A stretch of DNA of 41,196 nucleotides from an uncultured Fibrobacterota bacterium (lineage in GTDB: Bacteria; Fibrobacterota; Chitinivibrionia; Chitinivibrionales; FEN-1185): the NCBI GenBank assembly GCA_963753345.1, contig CAVWBU010000030.1, positions 1 through 41,196 on the forward strand. The letters run 5' to 3'. Below, piece by piece: positions 26,914 to 36,137 of this stretch; within the stretch, counting starts at the first letter, position 1; every line of letters starts with the position of its first letter. The translations under genes and the position numbers were made by a program. The notes beneath the pieces are model-generated. The model saw only the letters and a list, made by a program, of their open reading frames with translations, was not told the DNA's origin and did not search any database.

Positions 26914-27848
26914 TACGACGCCTCTGCGACGAGGGGCACAACTTCAACTTCTTTCAGGCGCTTTCGCTTCTTGAGGAGAAATACCGCGCCGAGCAAGGCA
27001 TAGCCAGGCCCGTTGAAACAGGCATGGTGCGCCTCGTGCCAAACGCGTCGCTTTGCTTTCCCGCCGGCGACATTAGCGCCGTGCGAACCACCAAGCAGGG
27101 CGTCGAATTCGTGTTGTCGTTTATGGGGCTTGTCGGCGTTTCATCGCCGCTGCCGCTTTACTTTACGGAGTACATCGCGCGCCATGAAGACGCGTCGGAG
27201 CCGCTGCGCGATTTTCTCGCACTGTTCAACCACCGTCTCTACACGCTGTTTTACCGCGCCTGGCAGAAATACCGAATGGTTTCCATGGCCGCGGGCCTTG
27301 TGGACAGCCCCATGGCGCAGCGCATCGCCGGCCTCGCCGGCATCGGCCGCGAAAAGCTTGGCGACCCCTTCTACGCCCGCGTGCTCGCCTACACGGGAAG
27401 CCTTGCCGGCAGGGTGCGCAGCAAGGAGGCTCTGCGGGCCTTGCTGTCCGATTTCCTCGGGGGCCTGCCCGTTGCCCTGTGCGAATGGCAGCCGCGCTGG
27501 ACCGAAATCCGCAATCCTCCGCGGCTGGGCGTGGACTCGCGCCTCGGCACGTCTGCAATGCTTGGCACCAGAACGTGGGACCTTTCGGGCAAGTTCCGCG
27601 TGTCGATCGGCCCGCTTTCGCGCGGGACATTCGAGAGGTTCCTGCCGGGATCAGAGAACATTTCCGCGCTTAAAAAGCTGGTGACGCTGTTTGTGAGCGA
27701 TCCGCTCGAGTTCGACATCGAGGTGAAGCTGGAGAGCAGTGAGCTGGTGCCCGTTATTCTCGGAAAAGATACCGGCAGGCTGGGAGAGACGGCGTCGCTC
27801 GGGGAATCCGATAAGAAAAGCGATGTTCAGGCCATACTGATTCAATGA
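26877..27848 (+). CDS. tssG: T6SS baseplate subunit TssG
   Basis: FNFFQA..LLE, FMGL.G.SSPLP.YFTE, DFL.LFNHR...LFYRAW.KYR, KFRV.IGPL. Confidence 0.95.
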   Translation: MGLAGGKKVADLIRRLCDEGHNFNFFQALSLLEEKYRAEQGIARPVETGMVRLVPNASLCFPAGDISAVRTTKQGVEFVLSFMGLVGVSSPLPLYFTEYIARHEDASEPLRDFLALFNHRLYTLFYRAWQKYRMVSMAAGLVDSPMAQRIAGLAGIGREKLGDPFYARVLAYTGSLAGRVRSKEALRALLSDFLGGLPVALCEWQPRWTEIRNPPRLGVDSRLGTSAMLGTRTWDLSGKFRVSIGPLSRGTFERFLPGSENISALKKLVTLFVSDPLEFDIEVKLESSELVPVILGKDTGRLGETASLGESDKKSDVQAILIQ

Positions 27849-27938
27849 TACTGCCCGCATTCCCGCGTCGGGGTATCTTTTTTATCAAGGTTGAAGAAAA
27901 CATCTTTGGTCATCCAGACGTATTTTTATGCCATCATT

Positions 27939-30900
27939 ATGAAGAATTCTGACGGGACCTGGACACCATTTCATCAATTCGTCGCCGTGGCAAGGCGATT
28001 CGTCCCCGTGCTTTCAATTTCGGCGCTCGCATGGTTTGCGCTCACCTGTTCGAACCCGCTTGACAAACAACCTCTCAGGCCCATTCTCTCCATTGTTGCC
28101 GACACCACGGTTTCGGTGAAGGATTCGATTTGCCTTGTGGCCCGCAGCGGCGCCGGCGGCGGAAAGGCGGCCGTTTATCTCTGGTTCATCGACGGCCGCA
28201 CGCTTACCCCCCCTGCCGCGGCCGACAGCGTGTGCCGGCTGTGGTTCAGCATCGCCGACACCGGCGGCCATGTCGTTATTGTAAAGGCGATGGGCGAAGG
28301 GAAATCGGTGTCCGAGCCGGACACCGTCAGGGTGACGGTCCTTTTGCATCCGCCGATCGTGCATCTCCTGACCAGGGACACCACGGTTTTTCCGGGCGAC
28401 ACGGTGAAAATCATTGCGCAGGGAACGGATTCCAACGGCACCGTGATAGCGTATCGCTGGTCGATCGACGATATGACAGTCGCATCTCCTGCCTCTGGCA
28501 CCGGAACGCTTGCCTGTATCTTTCCGCCGGTTGCCGCAGCGCACCGCATCCGCGTCATTGTCATGGACAACGACAGCATCCTTTCCGCGCCGGACTCAAT
28601 CGTTGTCACGGTAAAGGCCGATTTTCCCCGGATAGCGGCGGAGCGCGACACGGTGCTCGCCGCCATAAATGATACCGTGATCGTCCACGCCGCACGGCTG
28701 GACACATTTTCAAGTCCGGTCCGGTGGCTGTGGGCGAGAAACGGCGCCGCGTTCTCCGACACCACGCAGGTTCCCTCGTATGCCGTGCGGTTCGGCCGGG
28801 CCGAGGTGGGCCTCAAAACGGTGCTCGTAAAAGCCCTTGACAGCCACAAGCTTCAATCCAACCTCGATTCGGTGCATGTCGCGGTGCATCTTTACGCTCC
28901 CACTGTGTCAATCGTGCATGACACCACCGTCCTTATCAACGACCCCGTCACCCTGCGCGCGCACGGCGCCGACACCAACGGCAGGGTGGTGAAATACGTC
29001 TGGGCCATGGACGGCTCGCATTTTTCCGACACCACGCTCGGAGATTCCGTTGTCCACACGTGGAGCAGGGCCGATACCGGAAAACATATCGTTGTGCGTG
29101 TCAAGGCATTCGACGACGATACCATTGAATCAAATACCGATTCGACGCATGTCACCGTGCACCTCAAACCGCTCCCGGCGGTTACGGTGACGGCCGATAC
29201 AACCGTTTTCATCAACGACAGCTTTTCCATTTCAGCGCTGGGAACGCCCGGCGGCACAAGCCCGGTGACGGCGTTTTTGTGGGCGCTTGACGGCAAGCCG
29301 TTCGGCGACACCTCGGCAACAGGGCGCAAGACGCTCCGCTTTTTCAGGGCCGATACCGGCAGGCATGTCGTGCGGGTGGAGGCGATCGACAGGGACACCA
29401 TGGTGTCTCTCCCGGAGTCCACGGTGGTGCATGTTCGGCTGGGAATGCCAGTTGTAAAGGCCATGAACGACACCGCCGTGTTCATCAACGATACGGCCTT
29501 GCTGCACGCCGCGGGGTCGGACACCAACGGCGTTGTCGTACGCTACCTGTGGTCGATTGACAAGAGCGGATACGTCGACACCACCGGCACCGGTATGCTC
29601 GCAATCGCCTGGAACAGGCAGGACACGGGACGCCATACGGTACGGGTGAAGGCAATGGACGACGACACCATTTCGTCGAAGCCGGATTCGTTTACTGTGC
29701 TGGTAAGGCTCGGCATGCCGGTGATTCAGGCGCTGCGCGACACTGCCGTTCCCTGGGGCGACACGGTTTTGGTCGCGGTGAAGGCAAGCGACACGAACGG
29801 AACAATCGTGCAATATTTGTGGACCGCTGCGGCCGGCGGAGGCTGGACCGACAGTTCGGCGCGCGACACCCTGCGATTGACAAGCAGCAGTCACGCCGCG
29901 AAAAAAGTCGTTGTAGGCGCCCGGGACGACGACGGGCTCGTTGCAGCAGACACGTTCACTATACAGTTCCTGGCGAGGCCATGCACCCTGAGCGTGCGCG
30001 GCCTGCGGCCGCAGGACACCGTGGTGGTGCATTCCACGGATCCCAGGCCCTATGCCGTCCCACTCTCGTTCTCCGCCGGACGCAAAGACGCCGTTGCCGA
30101 CACGTTCACGTATTCGGTCTGGTCCGGCGTTTCGCCGGCAGCACTTGCGGAAGGTCCCCGCAGCGGGGACACAACGGGTGCGCTTTCCGCTGCGGACACG
30201 GGCACCTGGTACTGGAAGGTGGTGGCGGTTGACGCGCATGCCGACACGGCAATGACGGCTGTTTCGCAATTGTCAATCAGGCTCGAGTGCAGGATCTGTT
30301 TTGTCGGCCATTCCATCATCACCGGGTACGAAGGCACCCCGGGCCTCGGAGGGTTCCGCAGGATGGCGATCGATACCCTGCGCGCCGCGGCCGGCGCCGG
30401 CCCGAGGATCAAGTGCGACGGGCCGATAACCACCCAGAACCTGCTGCCCGCGGCCGACGATTCCTGCTGCGCGGTCGACGGGAAAACGTGCGCGGCGATC
30501 TTCGACTCGATGCAGGACCATCCGTTGACAAATGCCGATATATGGGTGTACATGAACGGCGTCAACGAAGGCTACCAGTTTCCCACGTACAACCGGTTCT
30601 GGTGGCTCGACAATTATGCGGCGGCGACCATCGACACCATGCACGGAAGGAACCCGGCGAGCGAAATATACGTGATTAACGGTCTGCCGTTTCCGCCGGA
30701 CACGATGGGGGAATTCGATGAGCGCAAGGATTCGATCTTTAAAGTCAACCTTCCGGTGTTCAACCGAATGCTCGACTCGGTGGTCACCAGCCGCCGGACT
30801 GAGTGGCTCGGCCGCGGCGAAGGGGGCGTATGGCTGGTCGATGCGTACAGCATCACGGCCGCGCTGCCCGACTCGGTGTGGAACCCCGTTTACTTTTCGG

Positions 30901-30992
30901 ACTTCCTTCATCCCAACCAGAGCGGATACGACCGCATCGGAAGGGAGATTCTGAAGGACATGCGGGCGGCCAAGAGCTCGTTTCTCAAATGA
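27939..30992 (+). CDS. Large lipoprotein with ~8 Ig/PKD-like repeats and C-terminal SGNH/GDSL hydrolase domain
   Basis: Lipobox ALTC; ~85-aa repeats (DTTV.IND..G.DTNG.VV.Y.W..DTG.H.VRVKA.DDD); FVGHSI, GVN and DFLHP SGNH blocks. Start codon uncertain. Confidence 0.8.
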   Translation: MKNSDGTWTPFHQFVAVARRFVPVLSISALAWFALTCSNPLDKQPLRPILSIVADTTVSVKDSICLVARSGAGGGKAAVYLWFIDGRTLTPPAAADSVCRLWFSIADTGGHVVIVKAMGEGKSVSEPDTVRVTVLLHPPIVHLLTRDTTVFPGDTVKIIAQGTDSNGTVIAYRWSIDDMTVASPASGTGTLACIFPPVAAAHRIRVIVMDNDSILSAPDSIVVTVKADFPRIAAERDTVLAAINDTVIVHAARLDTFSSPVRWLWARNGAAFSDTTQVPSYAVRFGRAEVGLKTVLVKALDSHKLQSNLDSVHVAVHLYAPTVSIVHDTTVLINDPVTLRAHGADTNGRVVKYVWAMDGSHFSDTTLGDSVVHTWSRADTGKHIVVRVKAFDDDTIESNTDSTHVTVHLKPLPAVTVTADTTVFINDSFSISALGTPGGTSPVTAFLWALDGKPFGDTSATGRKTLRFFRADTGRHVVRVEAIDRDTMVSLPESTVVHVRLGMPVVKAMNDTAVFINDTALLHAAGSDTNGVVVRYLWSIDKSGYVDTTGTGMLAIAWNRQDTGRHTVRVKAMDDDTISSKPDSFTVLVRLGMPVIQALRDTAVPWGDTVLVAVKASDTNGTIVQYLWTAAAGGGWTDSSARDTLRLTSSSHAAKKVVVGARDDDGLVAADTFTIQFLARPCTLSVRGLRPQDTVVVHSTDPRPYAVPLSFSAGRKDAVADTFTYSVWSGVSPAALAEGPRSGDTTGALSAADTGTWYWKVVAVDAHADTAMTAVSQLSIRLECRICFVGHSIITGYEGTPGLGGFRRMAIDTLRAAAGAGPRIKCDGPITTQNLLPAADDSCCAVDGKTCAAIFDSMQDHPLTNADIWVYMNGVNEGYQFPTYNRFWWLDNYAAATIDTMHGRNPASEIYVINGLPFPPDTMGEFDERKDSIFKVNLPVFNRMLDSVVTSRRTEWLGRGEGGVWLVDAYSITAALPDSVWNPVYFSDFLHPNQSGYDRIGREILKDMRAAKSSFLK

Positions 30993-31106
30993 TCCCGCGG
31001 CGTGGTTTGCCCTTAAGGGGTATGGCCGCGCCGAGTTCCGGGGTTGACATCAAGTATCTTACTGTGTAAACAGGCCGCAGCGATCCTTCAATGGAGAGAT
31101 GCAACA

Positions 31107-32081
31107 ATGCCGGAATCAGCGATCACCATCGTCCCGTACTCGCCCGAACGAAAGGCCGCATGGAACGCCTTTGTGGATGCTTCCAACAACGGCACCGTGT
31201 TCCACACCCAGACCTTCCTCGACTATCACCCGGCGGGCAGGTTCAATTTCCATCATCTCATGTTTTACAAAGGCGACGAGCTCGTGGCGGTGCTGCCGGG
31301 CGGGCTGTCGGGCGACATGTTCAAGAGCCCCGCGGGCGCGAGCTTCGGCGGGTTCGTGGTGAACGCCAGGCTCGGTCTGCAGGACGCGGACGCGGTTGTA
31401 AAGGCGTTCATCCGCTACTGCGCCTCAAAGCTCATCAAGGAGGTGTACCTCACACCGCCCATGCAGATCTACAACGCAACATTCAACGAGTCGGTCGAAT
31501 ACGCGATGCATTACAACCACTTCATCGTGCTGTCGAGCCTCTTTTCGTCCGTCATCGATTTCTCCGTGATCCACGGCAAGGACGACCTCTCGCGCAACAC
31601 CCGCCACAAGATCAACAAGGCGATCAACAAGGGGGTGCGCATCGAGGAGAGCAGGGACTTCGACGCGTTCTATCCGATTTTGCTCAAGAACAAGGAAAAA
31701 TTCCAGGTGACGCCCACGCACACGCTTGACGAAATCAAGAAGATCGAGTCGCTGCTGCCGGGCATGATGACGCTCTTTATGGCATACTACGAAAACGCCC
31801 CGGTCGCGGGAGAGCTTCTCTTCGCCTGCAACAAGCAGTGCGTGCTCAATTTCTACACCATGCACCTGTACGACTATCACAACCTGTTCGCGGTCAATTA
31901 CCTTATCGAGCACTCGATCCGCTGGTGCAATCAGAAAGGGTTCAAATATTTTGACTACGGCGTGTCTGCCGACACCTTCAGCATCGATCCCATGGAGCCG
32001 TCATGGTCGCTCATCGAATTCAAGGAATCAATGGGGGCGAACGGGTGCCAAAGGAAGACGTACTATCGGAGAATTTTCTGA
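31107..32081 (+). CDS. GNAT/FemAB-like acyltransferase
   Basis: WNAFV..SNNGT.FH...FLDYH, SFGG, TPTHTL.EI, YFDYGVS, L..FKE..GA. Confidence 0.85.
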   Translation: MPESAITIVPYSPERKAAWNAFVDASNNGTVFHTQTFLDYHPAGRFNFHHLMFYKGDELVAVLPGGLSGDMFKSPAGASFGGFVVNARLGLQDADAVVKAFIRYCASKLIKEVYLTPPMQIYNATFNESVEYAMHYNHFIVLSSLFSSVIDFSVIHGKDDLSRNTRHKINKAINKGVRIEESRDFDAFYPILLKNKEKFQVTPTHTLDEIKKIESLLPGMMTLFMAYYENAPVAGELLFACNKQCVLNFYTMHLYDYHNLFAVNYLIEHSIRWCNQKGFKYFDYGVSADTFSIDPMEPSWSLIEFKESMGANGCQRKTYYRRIF

Positions 32082-32109
32082 CAAGGCTGGGTGAAAGCGG
32101 TAGGAAGAC

Positions 32110-32221
32110 TCACCACAGAGGCACGGAGGACACGGAGAAGAAAGATACGTATGAATACTTCGGTTCATTATTCTTGATTTTCGGTTTTGTCTTCTCTGTG
32201 TCCTCTGTGTCTCCGTGGTGA
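32110..32221. repeat. 32-bp inverted repeat made of 9-bp CAC(A/G)GAG units between convergent genes
   Basis: 32110-32141 matches the reverse complement of 32190-32221 at 28/32; all mismatches are A/G transitions. Confidence 0.85.
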
Positions 32222-32227
32222 AATTAT

Positions 32228-32701
32228 TTATTCCCTCAGCCAGGTCTTCCAGATCCCCGGACTTGACTCCGGGATGTCAACCGCGCCCACGACCTTCTTG
32301 TAGTACTCCGCGGGCCCCACGCCGCCGATGATGGCGTAGCCGTACCCCTTGAGCCTCATGTCCTGGAGGGCCGCGAAAAGAAGGGCCGTGCCGACGCCCT
32401 TGTTGCGGTGCCCCGCGTCCACGCCCGTGGGCCCGAAGTAGCCGAGCGCCGTGGCGTCGTAGCAGGCGAATCCAACGAGCCGCTCGCCCTTGAGCGCGAT
32501 AAAACACGATATGGGCCGGTTGGAAAACGCCATGTCAGTCTCGCTCGACCAGGCTTTGTTGAATTTCTCCCTCACCCATTCGACCACGAGATGTTTTTCC
32601 GGGCCGATGGGTTTGCGGACGGTAAGGTCGCGTTCGCGGGTCTTTTCGAGAACGCCGCAGTCTTCCGGCAGGTTGTAGAGTTTGACGAGCATGTCGTGCA
32701 T
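32228..32701 (-). CDS. GNAT family N-acetyltransferase
   Basis: DMLVKLY, GFACYD, FGPTGV...RNKGVG acetyl-CoA motif, GYGYAIIG. RBS GAAGGA. Confidence 0.9.
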   Translation of the reverse strand: MHDMLVKLYNLPEDCGVLEKTRERDLTVRKPIGPEKHLVVEWVREKFNKAWSSETDMAFSNRPISCFIALKGERLVGFACYDATALGYFGPTGVDAGHRNKGVGTALLFAALQDMRLKGYGYAIIGGVGPAEYYKKVVGAVDIPESSPGIWKTWLRE

Positions 32702-32884
32702 GGCGCAGGTCCTTCGGCAAGGGTGACGCTTGACAAGAACACTAAAAATACATAACGTCGGCGGTGCGCAAACGGAAGAAATCCGGTCCGCGGTTTCTGC
32801 ATCAGGTGCGTGAAACAAGCCCCGGCGGCAGACAATGTATATTTCCTTGCATCCGCCGCAGGGCGGCCCAAACGTGAGGTTCCG

Positions 32885-34099
32885 ATGACAACGCCGGAAA
32901 ACGCAGGCAGCCCGCAGGCAGCGGACGCGCAAGGCTCTTCTGTCAACAACAGCGCGGCCGTCGCGCAGACCTCTGAGCGCAGGCACGACAGCCATGGCCG
33001 GCAGTTCGGCAGGAACGCGGTCGCCGTGACCATCGTCGCCATCGCCGCGCTTTTCCTGTATACGATCCGCATCTTCTTCGTACCTATCATCCTTGCCGCC
33101 ACGTTCACGGTCCTGTTCTATCCCCTGTACGGTTGGATCCGCAGGCTGCTGCGCGGCAACCGCGTGCTCAGCTCGGTCTGCTGCTGCGTGGTGCTGGTGC
33201 TGGGAATCCTGGTCCCGCTCTACGGCGGCGTGGTCGTGGTGGGCAGTCAGGCCGTCGATTTCGTCCGTGAAGCGCAGCCCGAGGTCCACGAAGCGGTCCG
33301 CGTCGTGAAAACCGGCGTCCTGCGCATGCCGCAGGCTGCACGCCTGCTGCAACGCCTGCAACTCCTCAACGTGGACTGGAAAACGCCGCTCAACAATTCC
33401 GTCGCCTCGCTCGGCGCAACCTTGACAAAAGCAATTGCCCGCACGTCGGCGGGGATGTTCGAGCTTGTCTTTGTCCTGGTGACCATGCTGTTCATCATGT
33501 TCTACCTGTTTGTCGACGGCGAGCGCATCACCCACCGACTAAGGCGGATCAGCCCGTTGCCGCACCGGTACGAGGACGTGATCTTCAAACGGTTCGTGCT
33601 GGTGTCGCGCGCCACGGTGCGGGGGACCATCATCATCGGCCTTGTCCAGGGAATCCTGGGCGGCCTCACGCTGCTGGTCTTCGGCGTCAAGTCGTGGCTG
33701 GTGTGGGGAATGGTGATGGTCATCATGTCGATCCTGCCGCTCCTCGGCGCATGGATGGTGCTCGTGCCGGCCGGGGTCATCCAGATGGTGCTGGGACATC
33801 CCTGGCACGGCGCGGGAATAATCCTTTTCGGCGTTGTCGCGGTCTCGATCATCGACAACTTCATCCGCCCCCGCGTGGTGGGCCAGGACGCCAAGCTGCA
33901 CGACCTGCTCGTGTTCTTCTCCACCATCGGCGGCATCGGCGTGTTCGGCCCCATGGGATTTATTGTGGGCCCGGTGATCGCCGCGCTGTTCATGGCGGTG
34001 GTCGAGATTTACGGATCGGAATTCGGGCGGCACTACCATGAAGAGCTGCTTGCCGCGGAAGGTAGGTCTCCCGAGGTGAATTCCACAGAGGCAGAATGA
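32885..34099 (+). CDS. AI-2E family transporter
   Basis: Multiple TMs; FYLFVDG, QGILGG, IDNFIRP, GGI.VFG.MGFIVGP. Confidence 0.92.
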   Translation: MTTPENAGSPQAADAQGSSVNNSAAVAQTSERRHDSHGRQFGRNAVAVTIVAIAALFLYTIRIFFVPIILAATFTVLFYPLYGWIRRLLRGNRVLSSVCCCVVLVLGILVPLYGGVVVVGSQAVDFVREAQPEVHEAVRVVKTGVLRMPQAARLLQRLQLLNVDWKTPLNNSVASLGATLTKAIARTSAGMFELVFVLVTMLFIMFYLFVDGERITHRLRRISPLPHRYEDVIFKRFVLVSRATVRGTIIIGLVQGILGGLTLLVFGVKSWLVWGMVMVIMSILPLLGAWMVLVPAGVIQMVLGHPWHGAGIILFGVVAVSIIDNFIRPRVVGQDAKLHDLLVFFSTIGGIGVFGPMGFIVGPVIAALFMAVVEIYGSEFGRHYHEELLAAEGRSPEVNSTEAE

Positions 34100-34189
34100 C
34101 CGGGTGTCAATGACCGCAGTACTTTCCTTTTCGCGATTTTCACCCCTTCGATCCCGGGCTGGCGAGCACTCTTTTCAAACAGGACCAAC

Positions 34190-35473
34190 GTGATGACCCT
34201 GCCGATCGTCGCCGTTTTCATCGCAGGCTACCTTCTTATTGCCTTGGAGCATTTCCTCAAAATCAATAAGTCGGCAACGGCGCTTCTCACGGGCGTTGCA
34301 TGCTGGATCCTCTGCGTGTCTGGCACGGCTGCCGGCGGGGACGGGCCGCGCATCCTGCTGGATAACCTGGCCGGCATCGCCGATGTCCTGTTTTTCCTCA
34401 TGGGCGCCATGACCATCGTTGAAATCATCGATGCACATAACGGGTTCGACGCGGTGGCCTCCCTGCTGGCCTCCGGGGGCAGGCGTCGGCTCCTGTGGGC
34501 AACGGGCCTCGCGGCGTTTTTTCTGTCCGCGGTGCTCAACAACCTCACAACCACAATCGTGCTGATGTCAATACTTTCAAAAGTGCTTACCAAGCGCGAA
34601 GACCTTCTTCCCTTTGCGGGTGTCGTGGTTATCGCGGTGAACGCGGGCGGCGCATGGACGCCGATTGGCGACGTGACCACGACCATGCTGTGGATAGGGG
34701 GGCAGGTCACCAGCCTCTCCATCATAAAGGCGCTTCTTTTGCCGAGCCTTGTATGCGCGGCAGTGCCGCTGGTGTGGCTTTCTTTACAGATGAGAGGCAG
34801 CGAAGGGCTGTTGGAGAAGATTCCGGTCGAGCGCCCGCCCGCGCGTGTGCAGGAGGGCGGCCGGCTGGTCTTCTTCCTCGGCGCAGGAAGCCTGCTGACC
34901 GTCCCGGTGTTCAGGAACCTCACGGGTCTTCCGTCGTTTGTCGGCATGATGTTCGGGCTGGCCCTCGTATGGGTGGCCACGGAGATTCTGCACCGGAAAA
35001 GCGACCCGGAAAGGCGTCAGGCCCATTCCGTGGCGGCGGCTTTGCAGCGCATCGACATGCAGACTGTCCTGTTCTTTCTGGGACTGCTGCTCGCCGTTGC
35101 CGCTCTGCACGCCGCGGGCGCTCTTGCCGTCGCTGCGCAATGGCTCGACCGCACCGTGGGCAATAGAGACGCTGTTGCGCTGGCCGCGGGACTGCTGTCC
35201 GCCATTGTCGACAACGTTCCTCTCACGGCGGCAGCGATGAAGATGTACCCTCTTGCGCAAGTGCCGACAAATCATCATTTCTGGTCGTTCCTGTCGTATT
35301 GCGTCGGAGCCGGCGGCAGCATACTGGTGATCGGCTCCGCGGCGGGAGTTGCGGCAATGGGAATGGCGAAAATGGATTTCTTCTGGTATCTGCGGCGCAT
35401 CACGCCGATGGCGCTGGCCGGATATGTCGCGGGCGCGGGAGTGTATCTGCTGCAAATGGGGTTGTTTAAGTGA
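34190..35473 (+). CDS. nhaD: Na+/H+ antiporter NhaD
   Basis: INKSA.AL, FFLMGAMTIVE.ID, NAGGAWTPIGDVTTTMLW, SAIVDNVPL, GGSIL.IGSAAG. Confidence 0.93.
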   Translation: MMTLPIVAVFIAGYLLIALEHFLKINKSATALLTGVACWILCVSGTAAGGDGPRILLDNLAGIADVLFFLMGAMTIVEIIDAHNGFDAVASLLASGGRRRLLWATGLAAFFLSAVLNNLTTTIVLMSILSKVLTKREDLLPFAGVVVIAVNAGGAWTPIGDVTTTMLWIGGQVTSLSIIKALLLPSLVCAAVPLVWLSLQMRGSEGLLEKIPVERPPARVQEGGRLVFFLGAGSLLTVPVFRNLTGLPSFVGMMFGLALVWVATEILHRKSDPERRQAHSVAAALQRIDMQTVLFFLGLLLAVAALHAAGALAVAAQWLDRTVGNRDAVALAAGLLSAIVDNVPLTAAAMKMYPLAQVPTNHHFWSFLSYCVGAGGSILVIGSAAGVAAMGMAKMDFFWYLRRITPMALAGYVAGAGVYLLQMGLFK

Positions 35474-35480
35474 CCGTCAC

Positions 35481-35515
35481 TTGTACCTGACCCTTTTTTA
35501 GGCTATATTATAGTC
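35481..35515 (+). promoter_or_regulatory. TA operon promoter with overlapping palindromic operator
   Basis: TTGTAC-N17-TATATT; GGCTATA-T-TATAGTC palindrome (35501-35515) covers the -10 element. Confidence 0.55.
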
Positions 35516-35528
35516 ACGTGGAGGGACC

Positions 35529-35807
35529 ATGAAACTCAGCGAAGCCGTCAAACCGATAAGTTATCTCAAGGCCCACGCTTCGGAAATCGTCAATGGCATT
35601 TCGGATTCCCATCAGCCGCTTGTCATCACGCAGCGGGGCGAGGCCAAAGCGGTGTTGCAGGATGTTGCGAGTTACGAGCAGACGCAGGAAAGCCTTGCGC
35701 TGCTGAAAATCGTCGCGATGAGCACCGCCAATCTTGAGAAGGGTCGCTACAAGCCGATGAAGAAAGCGTTTTCCGACCTGGCTGAAAGAATAAAGAAATC
35801 CGCATGA
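35529..35807 (+). CDS. Phd/YefM family antitoxin
   Basis: KPISYLKAHASEI...PLVITQRGEAKAVL; overlaps the toxin start. Confidence 0.92.
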   Translation: MKLSEAVKPISYLKAHASEIVNGISDSHQPLVITQRGEAKAVLQDVASYEQTQESLALLKIVAMSTANLEKGRYKPMKKAFSDLAERIKKSA

Positions 35808-36127
35808 AGTATCAGGTGTATCTGGTTTCGGACGCCGAAGAAGACATTTTCGAGATATTTTCCTATATTGCCTCAAACGATTCCGTGGAACGCGCCACCT
35901 ATGTGTATGACAAACTGAGGGAAACCTGTCCGACCCTGGAATTTTTCCCCCAACGGGGCCATGTCCCTGCGGAATTGGAAAGAATCGGTGTTGATAATTT
36001 CCTCCAGATACATTTCAAGCCTTACCGGATTATCTATTCCGTTTCCGGAAACAAGGTCTTTGTACATTGTGTACTTGACAGGCGCAGAAACCTCCAGGAC
36101 TTGTTGCATCGCCGCCTGGTCCGGTAA
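35804..36127 (+). CDS. RelE/ParE family toxin
   Basis: AEEDI.EI..YIA, L..FP.RG, YRIIY.V....V.V..VLD.RR. Confidence 0.9.
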   Translation: MKYQVYLVSDAEEDIFEIFSYIASNDSVERATYVYDKLRETCPTLEFFPQRGHVPAELERIGVDNFLQIHFKPYRIIYSVSGNKVFVHCVLDRRRNLQDLLHRRLVR

Positions 36128-36137
36128 ACGTCGAGTG

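Noticed and set aside
32702-33535. Long N-terminal extension of the minus-strand GNAT ORF (similarly lptB 5754-6110 and thymidylate synthase 23099-23368)
   Set aside because: Extensions overlap other genes or terminators; better starts exist downstream (RBS or stop/start overlap).
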